From the NCBI RefSeq assembly GCF_030684315.1, contig NC_081397.1, forward strand, positions 10,998,421 through 11,062,420: a stretch of 64,000 nt of DNA. Direction: 5' to 3'. Numbering within the stretch: position 1 is the stretch's first letter; every line of letters starts with the position of its first letter. The position numbers and the translations under genes were made by a program. Below the pieces are notes generated by a model. That model did not search any database, had not been told where the DNA came from, and was given only the letters and a program-made list of their open reading frames with translations. Of the stretch, positions 39,991 to 54,245 are shown piece after piece. The stretch comes from Stegostoma tigrinum (lineage: Eukaryota).

Positions 39991-40258
39991 TCACATTGTG
40001 TAGTCCCATTCATGGATCTGGACACTTAGTTTGTTTCTGGACTTCACTCAATTGGTATGGAATTAACAAAAAGAAAAATCACAAGACAAAGAAGCAGCTC
40101 AGATCAAGAGTGGAATCAAACACCTAATTCTGTTCAGATTCCTGGCTTGAAATTAAATATTGTAATGATTATTAACTGAACATTGCATCCAATAATGAAA
40201 TATCACTGAACTTGGCTGATGTTGACTTGCAGGAGGGTTTTCTTCTGTCTTCCTCCAG

Positions 40259-40340
40259 GCAAATACGTGAGGGACTAAGAGAAAGTAATATTCCCTCGGC
40301 ACAAAGCCAAGTGTGACCAGCTGCTTCTCACAAACGGAAG
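40259..40340 (+). other. Putative exon 2, copy F (82 nt, in-frame TAA; no exon 1 seen)
   Basis: ttctgtcttcctccag| ... AAG|gtatgt. Confidence 0.5.
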
Positions 40341-40529
40341 GTATGTTACCGCTGTCAGAGCAGAGAGCATCCTTTCCACAGTCACAGACCAGATTGAGTC
40401 AGACACACATTGAGGTCAATTTCCAGTGAGATTTGTTCCAACAACACAGAGGAAATAGAAGTTTTGTTTTTTTCCACCATTCACAATGCACACCTGCCCA
40501 GTTCGAACAAATTTCAGCATTTCAAGTGT

Positions 40530-41390
40530 TTTGCGAGATCTGCAGCTCGGACAGCGGATAATGTTGAGCTGGCTTGCTTTTCTTCAATAAGTTCATCACC
40601 ATGCTCAGTGGTATCATCAGTGGAGCCTCCAATGAGTCAATGTTATTCCACGCCCTGTGGAATTTATACTGTATGGTCCATTATGGTGACTACTATCACT
40701 TCTGGTTTTGATCTGTCTGAGTTTTCATTTTTGGGGTCCGATTCTATAATCTTGTTGATTGAAGTATGCATGGAAAACCGTGCCTCTCGGAATTGCTGTG
40801 TGTCTGTGTTTGGCTTGGGCTACCATGGTTACTTTGTCCCATGTTAACCTGATGGCCTTTATTGTCTGAATATGTGATACATTCAGACAACCAAGGCCAT
40901 CAGTTGAAATGGGGCAAAGTTACCATATTAAAAAGAAAGGACTGTGGATGCTGTAAATCAGGAACAAAAGACAGACTTGCTGGACAAGCTCTGCAGCTCA
41001 GCAGTAACTGGTTCTGAGGAAAGGTTACTGGACCCGCAAGGCTAACTCTCTGTTTTTCCCTTCACCGATGCTGCCTGACCTGAGCTTTTTCCAGCACCTT
41101 TTATTTTTGTTGTGTAAGGTAACCATAGCAGCCTAAGCCAAACATAGACATGTTAAGGAATTCCTAGAGACATTGTTCTCCACACAAACATAGAATTGGA
41201 CCCCATGTATAAACCCATATAGATCAAAACTGAAATGACAGTACTCAGCATAACAGACCTGACAGTGCAAATTCCAAGCAGAGGAGAATCACATTGCATC
41301 AGCAGAGGCTCCACTGATGATGTCACCTAGCATGGTGGCAAAACGTCCGAACAAAAACATGACAGCTCACTGACCAAGTCAACAACATCA
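40530..41390. mobile_element. Head-to-head pair of Penelope-like 3' fragments (palindrome centred ~40875)
   Basis: tgatggcctttattgtctgaat / attcagacaaccaaggccatca arms; both outer ends carry ctgatga...ggtg hammerhead-like termini. Confidence 0.7.
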
Positions 41391-41499
41391 CATTTCTGCA
41401 TTCACAGCCCATTGACATTTACACCGTTTTTGAAGATGGACAGACTGAATGCTTGTCCAAAATACACACTCAAACTGAATATAATCTGCATTAAATGAC

Positions 41500-42440
41500 T
41501 CTGATAACAGCTACCACATAACAAATTGCATCGTCACAGAGAATATTACTGGCTGCCAAAGTTCAGCCGTGTTGTCAAATAGAAACTGACAAGCATGTGT
41601 TGATTCCTCTGCTCAATCATTCACCCTGTAGAAACAGGCAAAAAACAGGTTGACACTCTCATATATGGAAAAAAAGTTTGCTATACCATTCTCAAATTCA
41701 CATTTGAAAAATGATATGTACAAATTAATATTTATGCTCACATATCAAACTACATGTACCCAAATGATAACTACGCTTATATATCCACAGCATATCAACA
41801 ATCCGTTCTTCTCTGTTGCTAACACTCCAGTTTCACAGCATAACTTCACAGGTCCAATTTTATAAATGCATTTAAATATCCACAGACTTAACAGTTTTTT
41901 TTTTAGGTGCAGTGTGATAACGGTAGTAGATTCACCAACTTTAGGTACATTTAAGTTGTCATTTAATTAGCATGTGGACATACATGGAATAGTGTAGGTT
42001 AGATGGACTTCAGATCGGTATGACAGGTTGGCATACTATTGAGGGCTGAAGGGCCTGTACTGTGCTGTAATGTTCAATGTAACTACACTCCAATTTTCAC
42101 AAGCAGATTCTCATAGGTACGTACTGATCATGAACTTCACGTATCCATGAAGCAGAAATGGACAGGAACAGCTTGGTAATACCCCTCCCAATGTCATACA
42201 GCGTGAACTGACAGGTACACTTTGATAACTATATGCATATCAACAGTGCAGTATCTGACACCTATGTATTGGTAACTACACAGATACACACTCTCTCACA
42301 CACACACACTCTCACGGAGCAGAAAATGAGAAATATAAATGGATAACTAAACAGACATATTGACATTGCAGAAATTGACAGGCTACATGGATAACTACAC
42401 TCATATCTTGCAGCAGAAACTGATAGTGACACTGATTGGA
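41500..42440 (+). repeat. Degenerate ~49-bp tandem repeat array
   Basis: Same consensus; interrupted by a CR1 tail at ~41905-42080. Confidence 0.75.
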
Positions 42441-43177
42441 GAGCCGAAGTGGGAGAGAGAGTAAAATTTGTCAAATCAACAGAAAGCAAAAAGCACTGGT
42501 CACAGCACGTCAGCACTCGTCTGTGACCAAGGTAATCCGAGTAAAACTGACACCGAGACACGCTGGCAGGTGTCTGAGGAATGTACGAATAGTTTGGGCC
42601 TCGATATATTGGAGATTTGAAGAAGGACGTCAAACCTTTCGAGGAAACAAAAAGTAAAGGGTCTTGACGGAACAGGCAATTTAAAATATTGTCTAAAGAT
42701 GGTGCGCACGATTAATGCTCTCTTTCAGGAAAAAAAAGTTATCGTTTGGTTTATTAACATATCGAGGTGTTTTTGAAATGTGAAATGAATATGCAGGTGC
42801 AGATTTCGGCCCCTTTTTGCCGCTTGCATTTAAGTTTTTGAAAATCCGATTCAAGGTCAGAAATGGACATTCCACTCGGTTCGGGAATGCGGGAAAGGGA
42901 AATGAAGTCAAATATACATTCATAATCTAAAAGTAAATGTATTCGCGCATTCTGTTCTGTTAAACGTCCGAGTTTTCGTTAAATATTGGCGGGCTTTTCG
43001 AGTTTGAAAGAAAGCGGCTGATGATTTGGCGCCGGGATTTTCCGGCCTCCTGCCCGGGCCCTCTCCGGATTGGTGAGGGAAGCAGATATCTGATTGGGCA
43101 TTGAAACGACATGAGGAGATACTGAACAATGTGACCAATCAGCAATGGCCGCATCCCCATTCCTCCCGAAGGTATAA

Positions 43178-43630
<453 letters not shown>

Positions 43631-43660
43631 AGAGACCGTTCTGTAACTTGACAATCCAAA

Positions 43661-43676
43661 GGCTCTTTTCAGAGCC
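43661..43676 (+). terminator. Histone 3' stem-loop (H2A copy 2)
   Basis: CAAA GGCTCTTTTCAGAGCC ACCCA, GAAAGAG downstream. Confidence 0.97.
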
Positions 43677-44144
43677 ACCCACAACATCAGTGAAAGAGTC
43701 TCAGACCTCGTTTTTGTTCGATTGATTTAATTTTAAATATACAGAGCCTGGGACTTCGCAACGTCAAATTTCAATCACATCATTCATTGATCCTGTAGTT
43801 GTCACAGTTCGATAGAAAATGAAATCCATCCTGCTGCTCCTGATTTCGGTAATATTTCCATTCAGAGCTGGCAGCCGATGTGCAGGAAGAAGTTATGATG
43901 AGCTTATTATAAATTACAATGTATGACATAATTGGAGAACAGAATAATCGTTTTGCAAATACGTTTTCCAGTCCGACTGCTTGTTGTTCACTGCCAATTT
44001 CACATCTCCCTTCATCGCATTAGAGAAAGCGAAAGTGACCCGGGACAGCACGTTGCAGGGTCATTTGCTTCTGATAATGAACGGCCGCTGACCCTCTGCG
44101 CATTAATCTCAGGTGCAGCTCATTTTCCTGCCTTTGATATTATC

Positions 44145-44360
44145 GAGTCCTCACAGTGTGGAAGCAGGTCATTCGGCCCATCGAGGCTCGACTGACCCTC
44201 TGAAGAGCATCTCTCACAAAGTGCCCTTCCATATCCCTGTCACTCTGTCTTTCTCTGGACACACTGGGCCCATAGCATAGCCATGCCACATAAAGTGCAC
44301 ATCTTTGGACTATGGAGGAAACCAGAGCACCTAGAGGAAATCCTCAAAGACACGAAGGCC
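44145..44360 (-). mobile_element. HE1-like V-SINE fragment
   Basis: gcacatctttggactatggaggaaaccagagcacc is the reverse complement of the V-domain; CR1-like tail. Confidence 0.65.
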
Positions 44361-44519
44361 ACCCACCAGCCTACCTTTTATCCTGGGAGAAGTAGCCCTG
44401 GCCTGTACAGCTTCTCCCTGAAGCTGAGCCCCTTACAAATCTTTTATGAATGTTTAAGCTTAAAGTTAAAAACAAAAGCTTCTCGTCAATCTGGCTGTTC
44501 ATCATCTTGAAACCTTGGA

Positions 44520-46280
44520 TGAACTGTCTAATCCATTCCCTACAGCAGACCAGGAGTGCAGCATCAAAAGGGGACGACCAGGGCTGTTTCAGAAAATTCA
44601 GCGGAGAAGGCTTCAGCAAATCCATCAAAGATACCAACGGGCAGGACTGGAACAGTTTAGTGGCCCCAACCAACCAAACTGAGCAAAGCAAGATAGTGGA
44701 CAAAGACAGTTCCCACCCTGATGCTGTCTATGCTTGGTTGACACAGAATGCCAGCAGCGTGGTGTCCACTGCCCCGCCAGGCCTCAACGCACCTGTTCTA
44801 TCGGTCACTGCAGTTGTCAGATCCGTCTTCCTGGTGAGAACACCCAAGGAAAGTAACAGACCTGGACTGAAGCACCAACTCTGCATGTAATTCCTGTGGG
44901 GAGGTACTCTCTGACATCTTTGTCTCCCTCTGACAAGCTGTACTCTGCACCTGCTTGAGAAGACCACCATTATCCCAGTCCTAAAATCTACATGCAATAT
45001 GACTTCATCTGTACTGCCCAGTGGCTCTGGCATCCAAAATCATGAAGTGCTCAGAGATGCTGGTCATGGCCCACTTGAACTCTCGACTTTCAGCCTGCCT
45101 CAATCCCTTGCAATTTTCCCACTAATGCAACAGGCCCCCAGCAGATGCCCTTTTCCCAGCCCTGCAATCATCCCTGGAACATCTGGGCAACAAGGCCACC
45201 TGCAATCAGACTTCTGCTCATCAACTACAGCTCAGTCTTCAACACCATGATCCCTGCAAGACGGAACTCAAAACTAACACCTCAGGCTTGGCTCCTCCCT
45301 GTGCAACTGACTCCTCAGCTTCCTGAAACACAGACCACAAATCAAGAAGATAGGCAACTGAATCTCCTCTGCGAGGACATTCAAACACTGCAACCCTCAA
45401 GAATGCATTCTCAGGTCCCTACTGTACTCCTTGTATACTCACTATTGTTGTCAAATTCTGAATGAATGCCACCTATAAGTTTGCTGTTGACAACACGATG
45501 ATGGGATGGATAATAAATAATGATGATTCAGATGACAGGAAGGAGATGGAGGGTTTGGTGACGTGGTGCAATTATAAAAAGAAAACTGAATGGTCACAAA
45601 ACAAAAGAACTTATAATTGGTTTCAGAAGGAAAAGAGCAGAACACACCCTCAGGTCCATCAACAGAGCAGGGTGCTGAGAGTGTCAATTTCCCAAGAGTT
45701 ACAATAACCAACAACCTTCATGGGACTTCCCACATAGATGCAATGGTAATGAAGGCACAAAAAGGCCTCGTCTTCCTGAGGCTGCTCATGTATTTGGCAT
45801 GTTACTCATGCACCATAGAAAGCATACTGTCTGGGTTCATCAAGGCCTGATATGGAACCTGCTCTGTCCTGTTCCACGAGCAACTATGGAAGGTTGTGTT
45901 CACACCCCACACCGTCACAGCACCCAACTTCCCAACCATGGGCTCTCATTGCTGTGCAAAGCCTGAGACATCAAAATCCATCCAACCCCAGTGGTGCCCT
46001 CCTACAACCTCTTGCATCAGGCAGAAGATACAGAAGCTCGAACACCCACACCAGCAGGTTCAAGAACAGATTCTTCCCTGTCATTGTTAGACTGACGAAT
46101 GGAATCTTAAATTTCAGAAGTGTTGATCTTGCCTGCATACATCCTGTGGAGTGTAACTTGTATGCCTTATCATTTCCATTTTTCACATTATGACCTGTAT
46201 GTGCTTACTGACTATGATCTGGCTATACTGCTCGCCAACAAAACCATTCACTATTTAGGAACATGTCACAATAAATCTAA
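44520..46280 (+). mobile_element. Degenerate Rex1/Babar-like LINE
   Basis: YKFAVDNTMMGWIINNDDS RT remnant; YSCTIESILSG; 3' end HTSRFKNRFFP typical of Rex1. Confidence 0.7.
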
Positions 46281-47261
46281 CTAAATTCCTGTAGCAGAGA
46301 GACCAGGATTGAATGCATTATTCCAAGTGTTCTAATCCATGTCCTGTAAAGCTGCAACTTGTCCTCCCAACTACTGTTCTCAATATATTGGCCAAATTTT
46401 CCGAAGGATACCATCAGCAACAAATGTTGAAACAGAAGTTAAACAAGATACAACCTTATTTTCAACAGGCTGAAAAAGCCACCCCAGTGCCCCCTGAAAG
46501 AAGTTTTGTACAAGATGTGATAATGTGATAATGGGCCAGTTGGAGGTTTCAGTTCAGTGGTGGTTAATGCAGCTAAATTGTATGTGTTCAAATATCATGA
46601 AACAAAAACAAAAACGGCAACTTCTGATCAGGTTCCAGTTTCACAACTGATTTTTCTTTTTGTGAAGAGAAGGTGTGTGGCCAAGATATTGTCAATTCAC
46701 ACATTCTTTCCAAGCAGTTTTAAAAGGCAATCATTTCACATTGAACATCTGTCTCTGCCTCAATTATATGAAAAGAGCACGTCCTTAAAAACAAGACACA
46801 TTGCTGAATTTACCTTCGCCCACTTGTTCAAAATGTGGGAAACTGGCATATTTACTGTCAACCCCTCATGCCTCCAGTAGCTTGTGAGCAGGTGTCAGCA
46901 CTAGAAACATATTCAACCCTAATCATCAAAGCCCTGAAGCCTGCATGCATGTTACATTTATTATAAATACAGAGGTTAAAGCGGTTTGAATTTGTTCATC
47001 AGATTATTAGCATCACTGGCTCGGCTAAACCACCTGTAATTGCCATAGAGCCATTATATATAAGTCAATATCAGTGATGGGAGTGTGGAGTCACACCTAA
47101 AAGGGAGAGAGAACATAATAAACTCCAGTAACTCATTGTTCAGCCACTTCCATTTGCTCAAGTTGCTTTTTTTGACTCCATTTCCAGGGTGACAAGCCTT
47201 AGTGGGGTATGGACCATGTGCTTCACCCCTGGCAAACAAAGCAATTACCATCTATTTAAGT

Positions 47262-48355
47262 CAGAGAAAATGGGAACTGCAGATGCTGGAGAATCTGAGA
47301 TAACAAAGTGTGGGGCTGGATGAACACAGCAGGCCAAGCAGCATCTTAGGAGCACAAAAGCTGATGTTTTGGGCCTAGCACCTTCATCAGAAAATGGGGG
47401 CTGGGGAGGCAATTCTGAAATAAATAGGGAGAGAGTGGGAGGCAGACTGAAGATGGATGAAGGAGAAGATAGGTGGAGTAGCGAGTATAGGTGAGGAGTT
47501 AGGGAGGGGATAGATCAGCCTGGGGAGGATGGACAGGTCAAGGGGGGGAGATAAGGTCAGTAGGTAAGAAATGGAGATGTGGCTTGAGGTGGGAGGAGGG
47601 GATAGGTGAGAGGAAGAAAGGGTTAGGGAGACAGGGTGGGGGCGAGCTGGGCTGGTTTTGGGATGCATTGGGGAGAGGGGAGATTTTGAAGCTGGTGAAA
47701 TCGATAGCACTAGGCTGCAGGGTTCCCAAGTGGAACATGAGTTGCTGTTCCTGCAACCTTCGAGTGGCATCATTATTGCACTGCAGGAGGCCCAGGAGGG
47801 ACATTTGCCTAAGAAGTGGGAGGGTGAGTTAAAATGGTTCGCGACTGGGAGGTGCAGTTGTTTATAGCAAACCGAGTGTAGGTGTTCTGCAAAGCTGTCC
47901 CTAAGCCTCCACTTGGTTTCCCCAATGTAGAGGGAGCCACAACGGGTACGGTGGATACAGAATAACACATTGGCAGATGTGCAGGTGAACATCTGCTAGA
48001 TGTGGATCATCTTGGGGCCTGGGATGTAGTTGAGGGAGGAGGGGTGGGGGGCAAGTGGAGCACTTCCAGCAGTGGCAGGTGAAAGTGCCAGGTGTGGTGG
48101 GGGTGGAGGGGAGTGTGGAGTGGACAAGGGAGTCGCAGACAGAGTGGTCTCTCCGAAAGGTAGATCAGAGTGGGGATGGAAAAAATGTCTTGTGGTGGGG
48201 TCGGATTGTAGATGGTGGAAGTGTCAGAGTTCACCTCCCACTCATGAACTATTTTAACTCCCACTCCCATTCCTCAGACGACATGTCCAACCTGGGCCTC
48301 CTGCAATGCCATAGTGATGCCACCCATAGGTTTCAGGAACAGCAACTCATTCTCC
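47262..48355 (-). mobile_element. Neptune-type Penelope-like element 3' half with inverted internal piece (48230-48355)
   Basis: FTCTSANVLFCIHRTRCGSLYIGETKWRL (GIY-YIG); terminal repeat at 47265-47395. Confidence 0.88.
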
Positions 48356-49126
48356 ATTGGTGCCCCATTGATACATTGACAGGGATGAACTTTCGTGGAA
48401 TCTCGACACAGCAGGAAATGGCCTTTCGAGCCTGATCGATCCTCCGAAGAACATGGAAAGAACAGCTGATGCTATAAATCAGGAACAAGACCAGAAGTAG
48501 CTGAAAAAGCTCAACAGGTCTGGCAGTCGTGCAGAAAATAAAATCCAGAGTTGACGTTTCAGCTCCGGCCACTCTTGCAGTTGAGGAAAGCTCACGGGAC
48601 CCGAAAACTTAGCTCTGATTTTTTTTCTTCTTCAGAGATGTTGCCAGACCTGCTGAGCTGTTTCAGCAACTTCTGGTTTTGCTGCGACAAGCATCAACCG
48701 AAACAGGCTGGGGCCTGAGGGAAAGTGTGATGTCTGGTCTGAACCCCCTACATATTGGCGGGCTTTTCAGATTTGAAATAAAAGCGGTTGATGATTTGGC
48801 GCCAATTATTTCTCCCGCCCACCTTCCCAGCCGTGTTCAGTTAGAGTGGGGTAACACCAAGGGAAGCATAGGCAGGGAGGTGCTTTCCTGTCACTCAAAT
48901 CTCCAGCACACTGGGAGGCTTCAATTATGTACTGCCATCAATTTATATCTTCCCCACAGCAATGTCCGTTTTGTCTTCTAATTAACGTGACAAATCCACT
49001 TCTCGGCCAGATTGAAATTGTTTACTAACAGACGAAACGACACAATACAACAGCAGAAAAAAACTGGGCGCATAATAAAGTAACCAACATTGCCAATCGA
49101 TTGCTGCTCTCTCGGGACAGTTTAGT

Positions 49127-49142
49127 GGCTCTGAAAAGAGCC
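49127..49142 (-). terminator. Histone 3' stem-loop (H3 copy 2)
   Basis: Reverse complement GGCTCTTTTCAGAGCC. Confidence 0.97.
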
Positions 49143-49186
49143 GTTGTGTTTCTCGGGGTGAATGTGCAGGGCCGGGCACGCTCCGT

Positions 49187-49627
<441 letters not shown>

Positions 49628-50852
49628 TCAATGCCGACGCGGCTGCTGCGCTGCCTATTTAAGGGAATGGAGAGCCCGCCCTAGAGCTGGGATTGGATAC
49701 AGTTCCGTCCCTCAATCTCCTGAGAAACAGCTCCGGAAGGTACAGAAAAGGCCGAATAGTATTTTTTGGAGGCTGATTGGTTAACTTGAAATGACAGTTG
49801 GTCTCTTTCAAAAAGCCCGCCGATTTTACCCTCGCGATCCTGAGTTTAAAGTAAATATTTAAAAGGATAATAAAGTCCGCCTCCGATCAAATCGTGTACT
49901 TTGCAAACTAAGTTTTTTGAATAAACTCTACATCAGCGGAGACAGGACGACAGGACTGCCTCATCTGTCTGTAACAGGCGTGAGGAAAGGGGGAGGGAGT
50001 GTAATACAGTCGGACAAACATGATGAACGGAACGTGTAACTACCGTTAATGCATCTAAACACCGCCGAATAAAGCATTTTAAAAGCTAATATGGTGCAAA
50101 ACAGTGTAACGAATAAAGTTACACAAACTCAATTTAGCGGCATTTCTACCTTTCGCCTAGGTTATAATTAGTCCCAAGATAATTTGGCGTTGCTTCCTGC
50201 AACAGGCTGATGGAAAGTAAATTAAAACTTTCACAGTTGTCCCAGAATCAAAACTGAAAGAAATATCATTCCTGTAACGGTTAATGAAATACAAATACAG
50301 CAATATATGCTAACTCCAGCCCCCAACTGGATCTGTAAATAAAACTATTCTCCACAATGCAGTGAACACAATTTTCGGCAAAAGAACTGCGGTCTCGAGC
50401 TTCATGTTCGAAGCAGATAAAAACAGGGACTTTTTTTCAAAGCAGTTGTGATACAATTAAACGCCCATGATCAGGCCTTTCTTAACAAGACAACACGGTT
50501 TCTTCCATTTCTACGTCAGTTTCTATTCCCCCAGCTGAATGAGACAAAATCATTTCTTGAGGATTGTGTGGTGAAGAGGGGTTTCAGAGCCTGTGTTTGA
50601 CTCTTTGAGACTCTCTCCCTGCATGTGTGACAAGCAGACTGACATGAACTGACAAAGCACTAGAGCCTATGGTCTATGTGAGCAGGACCTCACACTCACA
50701 TATTGTAGAGTATGGAAGAGGGGCTGAGTGTAAATCCGATAGGTAAATACGGAACGGTTATTCACATAAATCAGTGTCTAAATTATTCCTGCACTCGGAG
50801 CTAGGACAGGGATCATTTGATCCGGGCTCAGCTCTCTCCTGAAAGATGTGGT

Positions 50853-50868
50853 GGCTCTGAGAAGAGCC
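50853..50868 (-). terminator. Histone 3' stem-loop (H1 copy 2)
   Basis: Reverse complement GGCTCTTCTCAGAGCC, then GAGAGAGCTG. Confidence 0.95.
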
Positions 50869-50904
50869 TTTGGGTTCAGGTTGTTACATGTTACACCGAC
50901 TGCA

Positions 50905-51528
50905 TCATTTCTTTGCTGCTTTCTTGGTCACTTTCGCTTTGGGCTTGGCCTTTGCCTTCGCCGATTTCGGGGCCGGCTTTGCGGCCTTGGGGCTCTTGGT
51001 CTTTTTCACTTTCTTCACGGGAGTCTTTTTCTTCGGCGTTGCTTTCTTCGCCGGTTTCTTCGGCGTTGCTGCCTTCTTGCCGCCCGCTTTCTTGCCTGTC
51101 GCTTTCTTCGCTGCCACCTTCTTGCTCGTTGTTTTCTTCACGGCTGCTTTCTTGGCGGCTGCTGCTGGTCTCGCCTTCTTTCCCACTTTTGCCTTGACTG
51201 GATTCTTTGCGAGTTTGAAGGAGCCGGAGACGCCCTGGCCCTTCACCAGAACCAGGGAGCCTTTCGCCAGGCACCTCTTGGCAGCCATCCTGATCTGTGC
51301 ATTTTGCTTCTCCACATTGACCCCGCTTCTCTGCAGCGCCTTCTTTATAGCGACCAGAGACGTTCCCTTCCGATCGCTGTTCTCCCCGACAATCTTCACA
51401 ATCCGCTCGCCCAACCCGGGACCGGCTGGTTTCTTCCTGGGAGCAGCCGCCTTCTTCTTCTTGGGAGACTTGGGTTTGGTGCTGGCGGAGGCTGGAGGAG
51501 CGGTTTCGGCGGCTGCACTGTCGCTCAT
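50905..51528 (-). CDS. H1: Histone H1 (second copy, 207 aa)
   Basis: Near-identical to 30962-31600 with a 5-aa deletion in the C-tail; H1 box TGTGTTT at 51675-51681. Confidence 0.98.
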   Translation of the reverse strand: MSDSAAAETAPPASASTKPKSPKKKKAAAPRKKPAGPGLGERIVKIVGENSDRKGTSLVAIKKALQRSGVNVEKQNAQIRMAAKRCLAKGSLVLVKGQGVSGSFKLAKNPVKAKVGKKARPAAAAKKAAVKKTTSKKVAAKKATGKKAGGKKAATPKKPAKKATPKKKTPVKKVKKTKSPKAAKPAPKSAKAKAKPKAKVTKKAAKK

Positions 51529-52459
51529 GTCGGGAACTCTGCGCTGAATCTCTCTCTGTCAGACTGAACTGGGTCAGCAATGAAGCTGCTGGTGGCGGCA
51601 CTGAGCAACTTAAAGGCAGCGAGCGGACGGCGCGGAGACAACCTGCCCTCAGCTCCCTGCTCCTGCTGCCTCTCTGTGTTTCTCTCTCGGCAGAAACTCT
51701 CCAATTCCTCTGCAATTCCGCATCTCCAGAGAGCCAGGCTCGATCGTTCCTGACCCTGACTCGGGAAGGTTTGCGGCCGAAGCGTTTTCACTCGAATTGA
51801 CGGCTCCGTTGTCGAGTTAAACGCATTTTGCTGCTGCACTGATCGCTCTCTCTGAGCTGAGAGCTGGCATTATCATCACTTTTGGGCTGAAATCTAGAAA
51901 GCAACAAACACGTTGCCTTGAATTCTAGCTTTGGGGTTTAGTGAGGGAGCAGGGGGATAAGTTGAATCGAAAATCTTTTTAATTTGCTCAAGACAGACTG
52001 GGAAATATCATGATATGAGCGGACACACAAACACAGTTACGTTAAACTCTCCCGACCGCCCTTTACCTACAGTCTCTCTGGCACAATATTCACATCCATA
52101 CAGTCGCAGGCCAGAAATATCGCGAAATATAAATGTGGGCGGATATAATTTATTTTCCTTTCAGCCTTTGCTCCGATACCCAGGGAGTTCGTTGTCGTTT
52201 TTTTCTCTCTCCTCAGTCACTGTTAAACTCTCTGAGGACGGAGCGCCGGAGATTCGCTCTTCTCCTGATTCAGCTGCAAGAGCCAATCATCTGGTTTGAA
52301 GTTACATTGATCACCCAGGTCAATATTTTTCTGGGAATAAACAGGCAGAGAAACACAAATAATAGCAACTGAAACTAACAAATCAGCCCTTCAAACCTCT
52401 CCTCCCAGTCCTCATGAAAATGGCAGGTCATCCAACTCAATAGCCTGTGTCCGTTTCTC

Positions 52460-54245
52460 TCTCATATCGAATCATTCAGCATATCCTTCAGTCCAGCCAT
52501 AACATGCCGAATTTAATGCCGAACTGAACTAGTTCCACCCACCTGACCCTGGCCTGTTTCCTTTCAAACCTGTCATGTTCACGTACTAATCCAAATGCCG
52601 TTTTAATGTTGTAATTGAAGCCACATCGACCATTTCGTCAGGAAGTTCATTCGACTTGCATCAGGCTCTGTGATAATAAAACCCTCGCGTATATTTTTTT
52701 GATCTTTCTCCTGTCAGTTTAAAAATGTTCATGCCGCTCTTCAATTCCCCCCCTTCCCAGGCAAAGGACAGCTACCATTGTGTCTAGGCCCGAAATGTCA
52801 GCTTTTGTACTCCTCAGAGGCTGCTTGGCCTGCTGTGTTCATTTAGCTCAACACTTTGTTTTCTTGGATTCTCCAGCATCTGCAGTTCTCATTATTTTAT
52901 GAACTTCTATAAGCTGACTTTCAACATGCCACACTCGAGTGAAAAAAAAGACTCCCAGCCGATCCATCCTTTCCTTATAACTCGAACCTTACATACTCGA
53001 AATATTGGTGAACTTAAGCTGAACCGTCTCCACCTTAATCCTGTCCTTCCTCTAACTGGCCGACCAGAACTGTTGGCAGTATTTCAGAAGTGGCCTCACC
53101 GAATGCCCTGTGTAACGTCAATGTGAATGCCACCTCCTAAACACAAAAGACTGAGCAGCGAAGGAAAGCGTGCCAAACACCTTCTTAACCATCCTGTTGA
53201 GGTGTGATGCAGACTGAAAAGAATTCTAGGTCCTTCTCTTCTACAACACTACCCATTAATTGTACAGGGCCTACCCTTGATTGTTGCACCAAAATGCAAC
53301 ACCTCACAGTTATCCAGTTGAACTCCATTTTGCAGCCCAACCGATTGGGTTACGATCCCTTTGTAATCTCAGAAAACCTTCTCCATTCACTATGATAATA
53401 ACTTTGCGAGCATTCACAAACATGCTTACCATGCCTTCTATATTCTGATCCACATCATTTTTATAAATGACAAACAAAAACAGAGCCAGTACAAATCCCT
53501 GTGGAAACCACTGGTGACAGGCCCCCAGACTGAAAACAAAACAGCCCTCCACTTTCACTCTCTCTCTATTGCCATTAAGCCAATTATACCTTGATTCTAT
53601 TTCTTCACAATTGCTGCACACAATAACATTTTGAAATCATATAGTGTGTTGGATGGAGCTGATTTCTGCGGTCGAGAATTCCAGAGGCATACCGTTCTCT
53701 GAATGAAGAAAGCTCTCACTTTCTCAGCCCTAAATGTCCTATCCTATTTCCGAAACATGTAATTCCTACCATCAGGAATATTTTTCCAGCATTTATATTG
53801 TTTAAGTCTGCCAGTGGCTAACAGGTTTTTACAAAAATCCCTCATTTTTCTGAACTTTAGCACAGAAGTTCACAAACAATTCAATCTCTCCTTCCATCCC
53901 AGCAATCTGCCCACTAAAACTACCTTTATAGTAACACCATCCTTCCTCAGATAAGGAGGCCACACCTGCTGTCAGTATTCGAGATGTTGTCTCACAGATA
54001 CCCTGTTAAATTGCCACAATTTCTACTTTTCTCCTGTACTCTAATTACCTCTCCATGAAGGAAAACATACCAGTTACCTTCCTCACTGTCTGCTACACCT
54101 ACATGCTTAATTTCAGTGATTGGTTTGTGAGGACACCCAGATCTCATTGCAAATTCCACTGTGTCCAACTATCGACGTCCAGAAAATAAGGTGCCTTCCT
54201 TTTATTTTGCTACCAACGTGTATAACCTTATATTATACAGTGCAT
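52460..54245 (-). mobile_element. Eroded CR1 LINE fragments
   Basis: NWLNGNRERVKVEG...PQGFVLALFLFVIYKNDVD. Confidence 0.7.
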
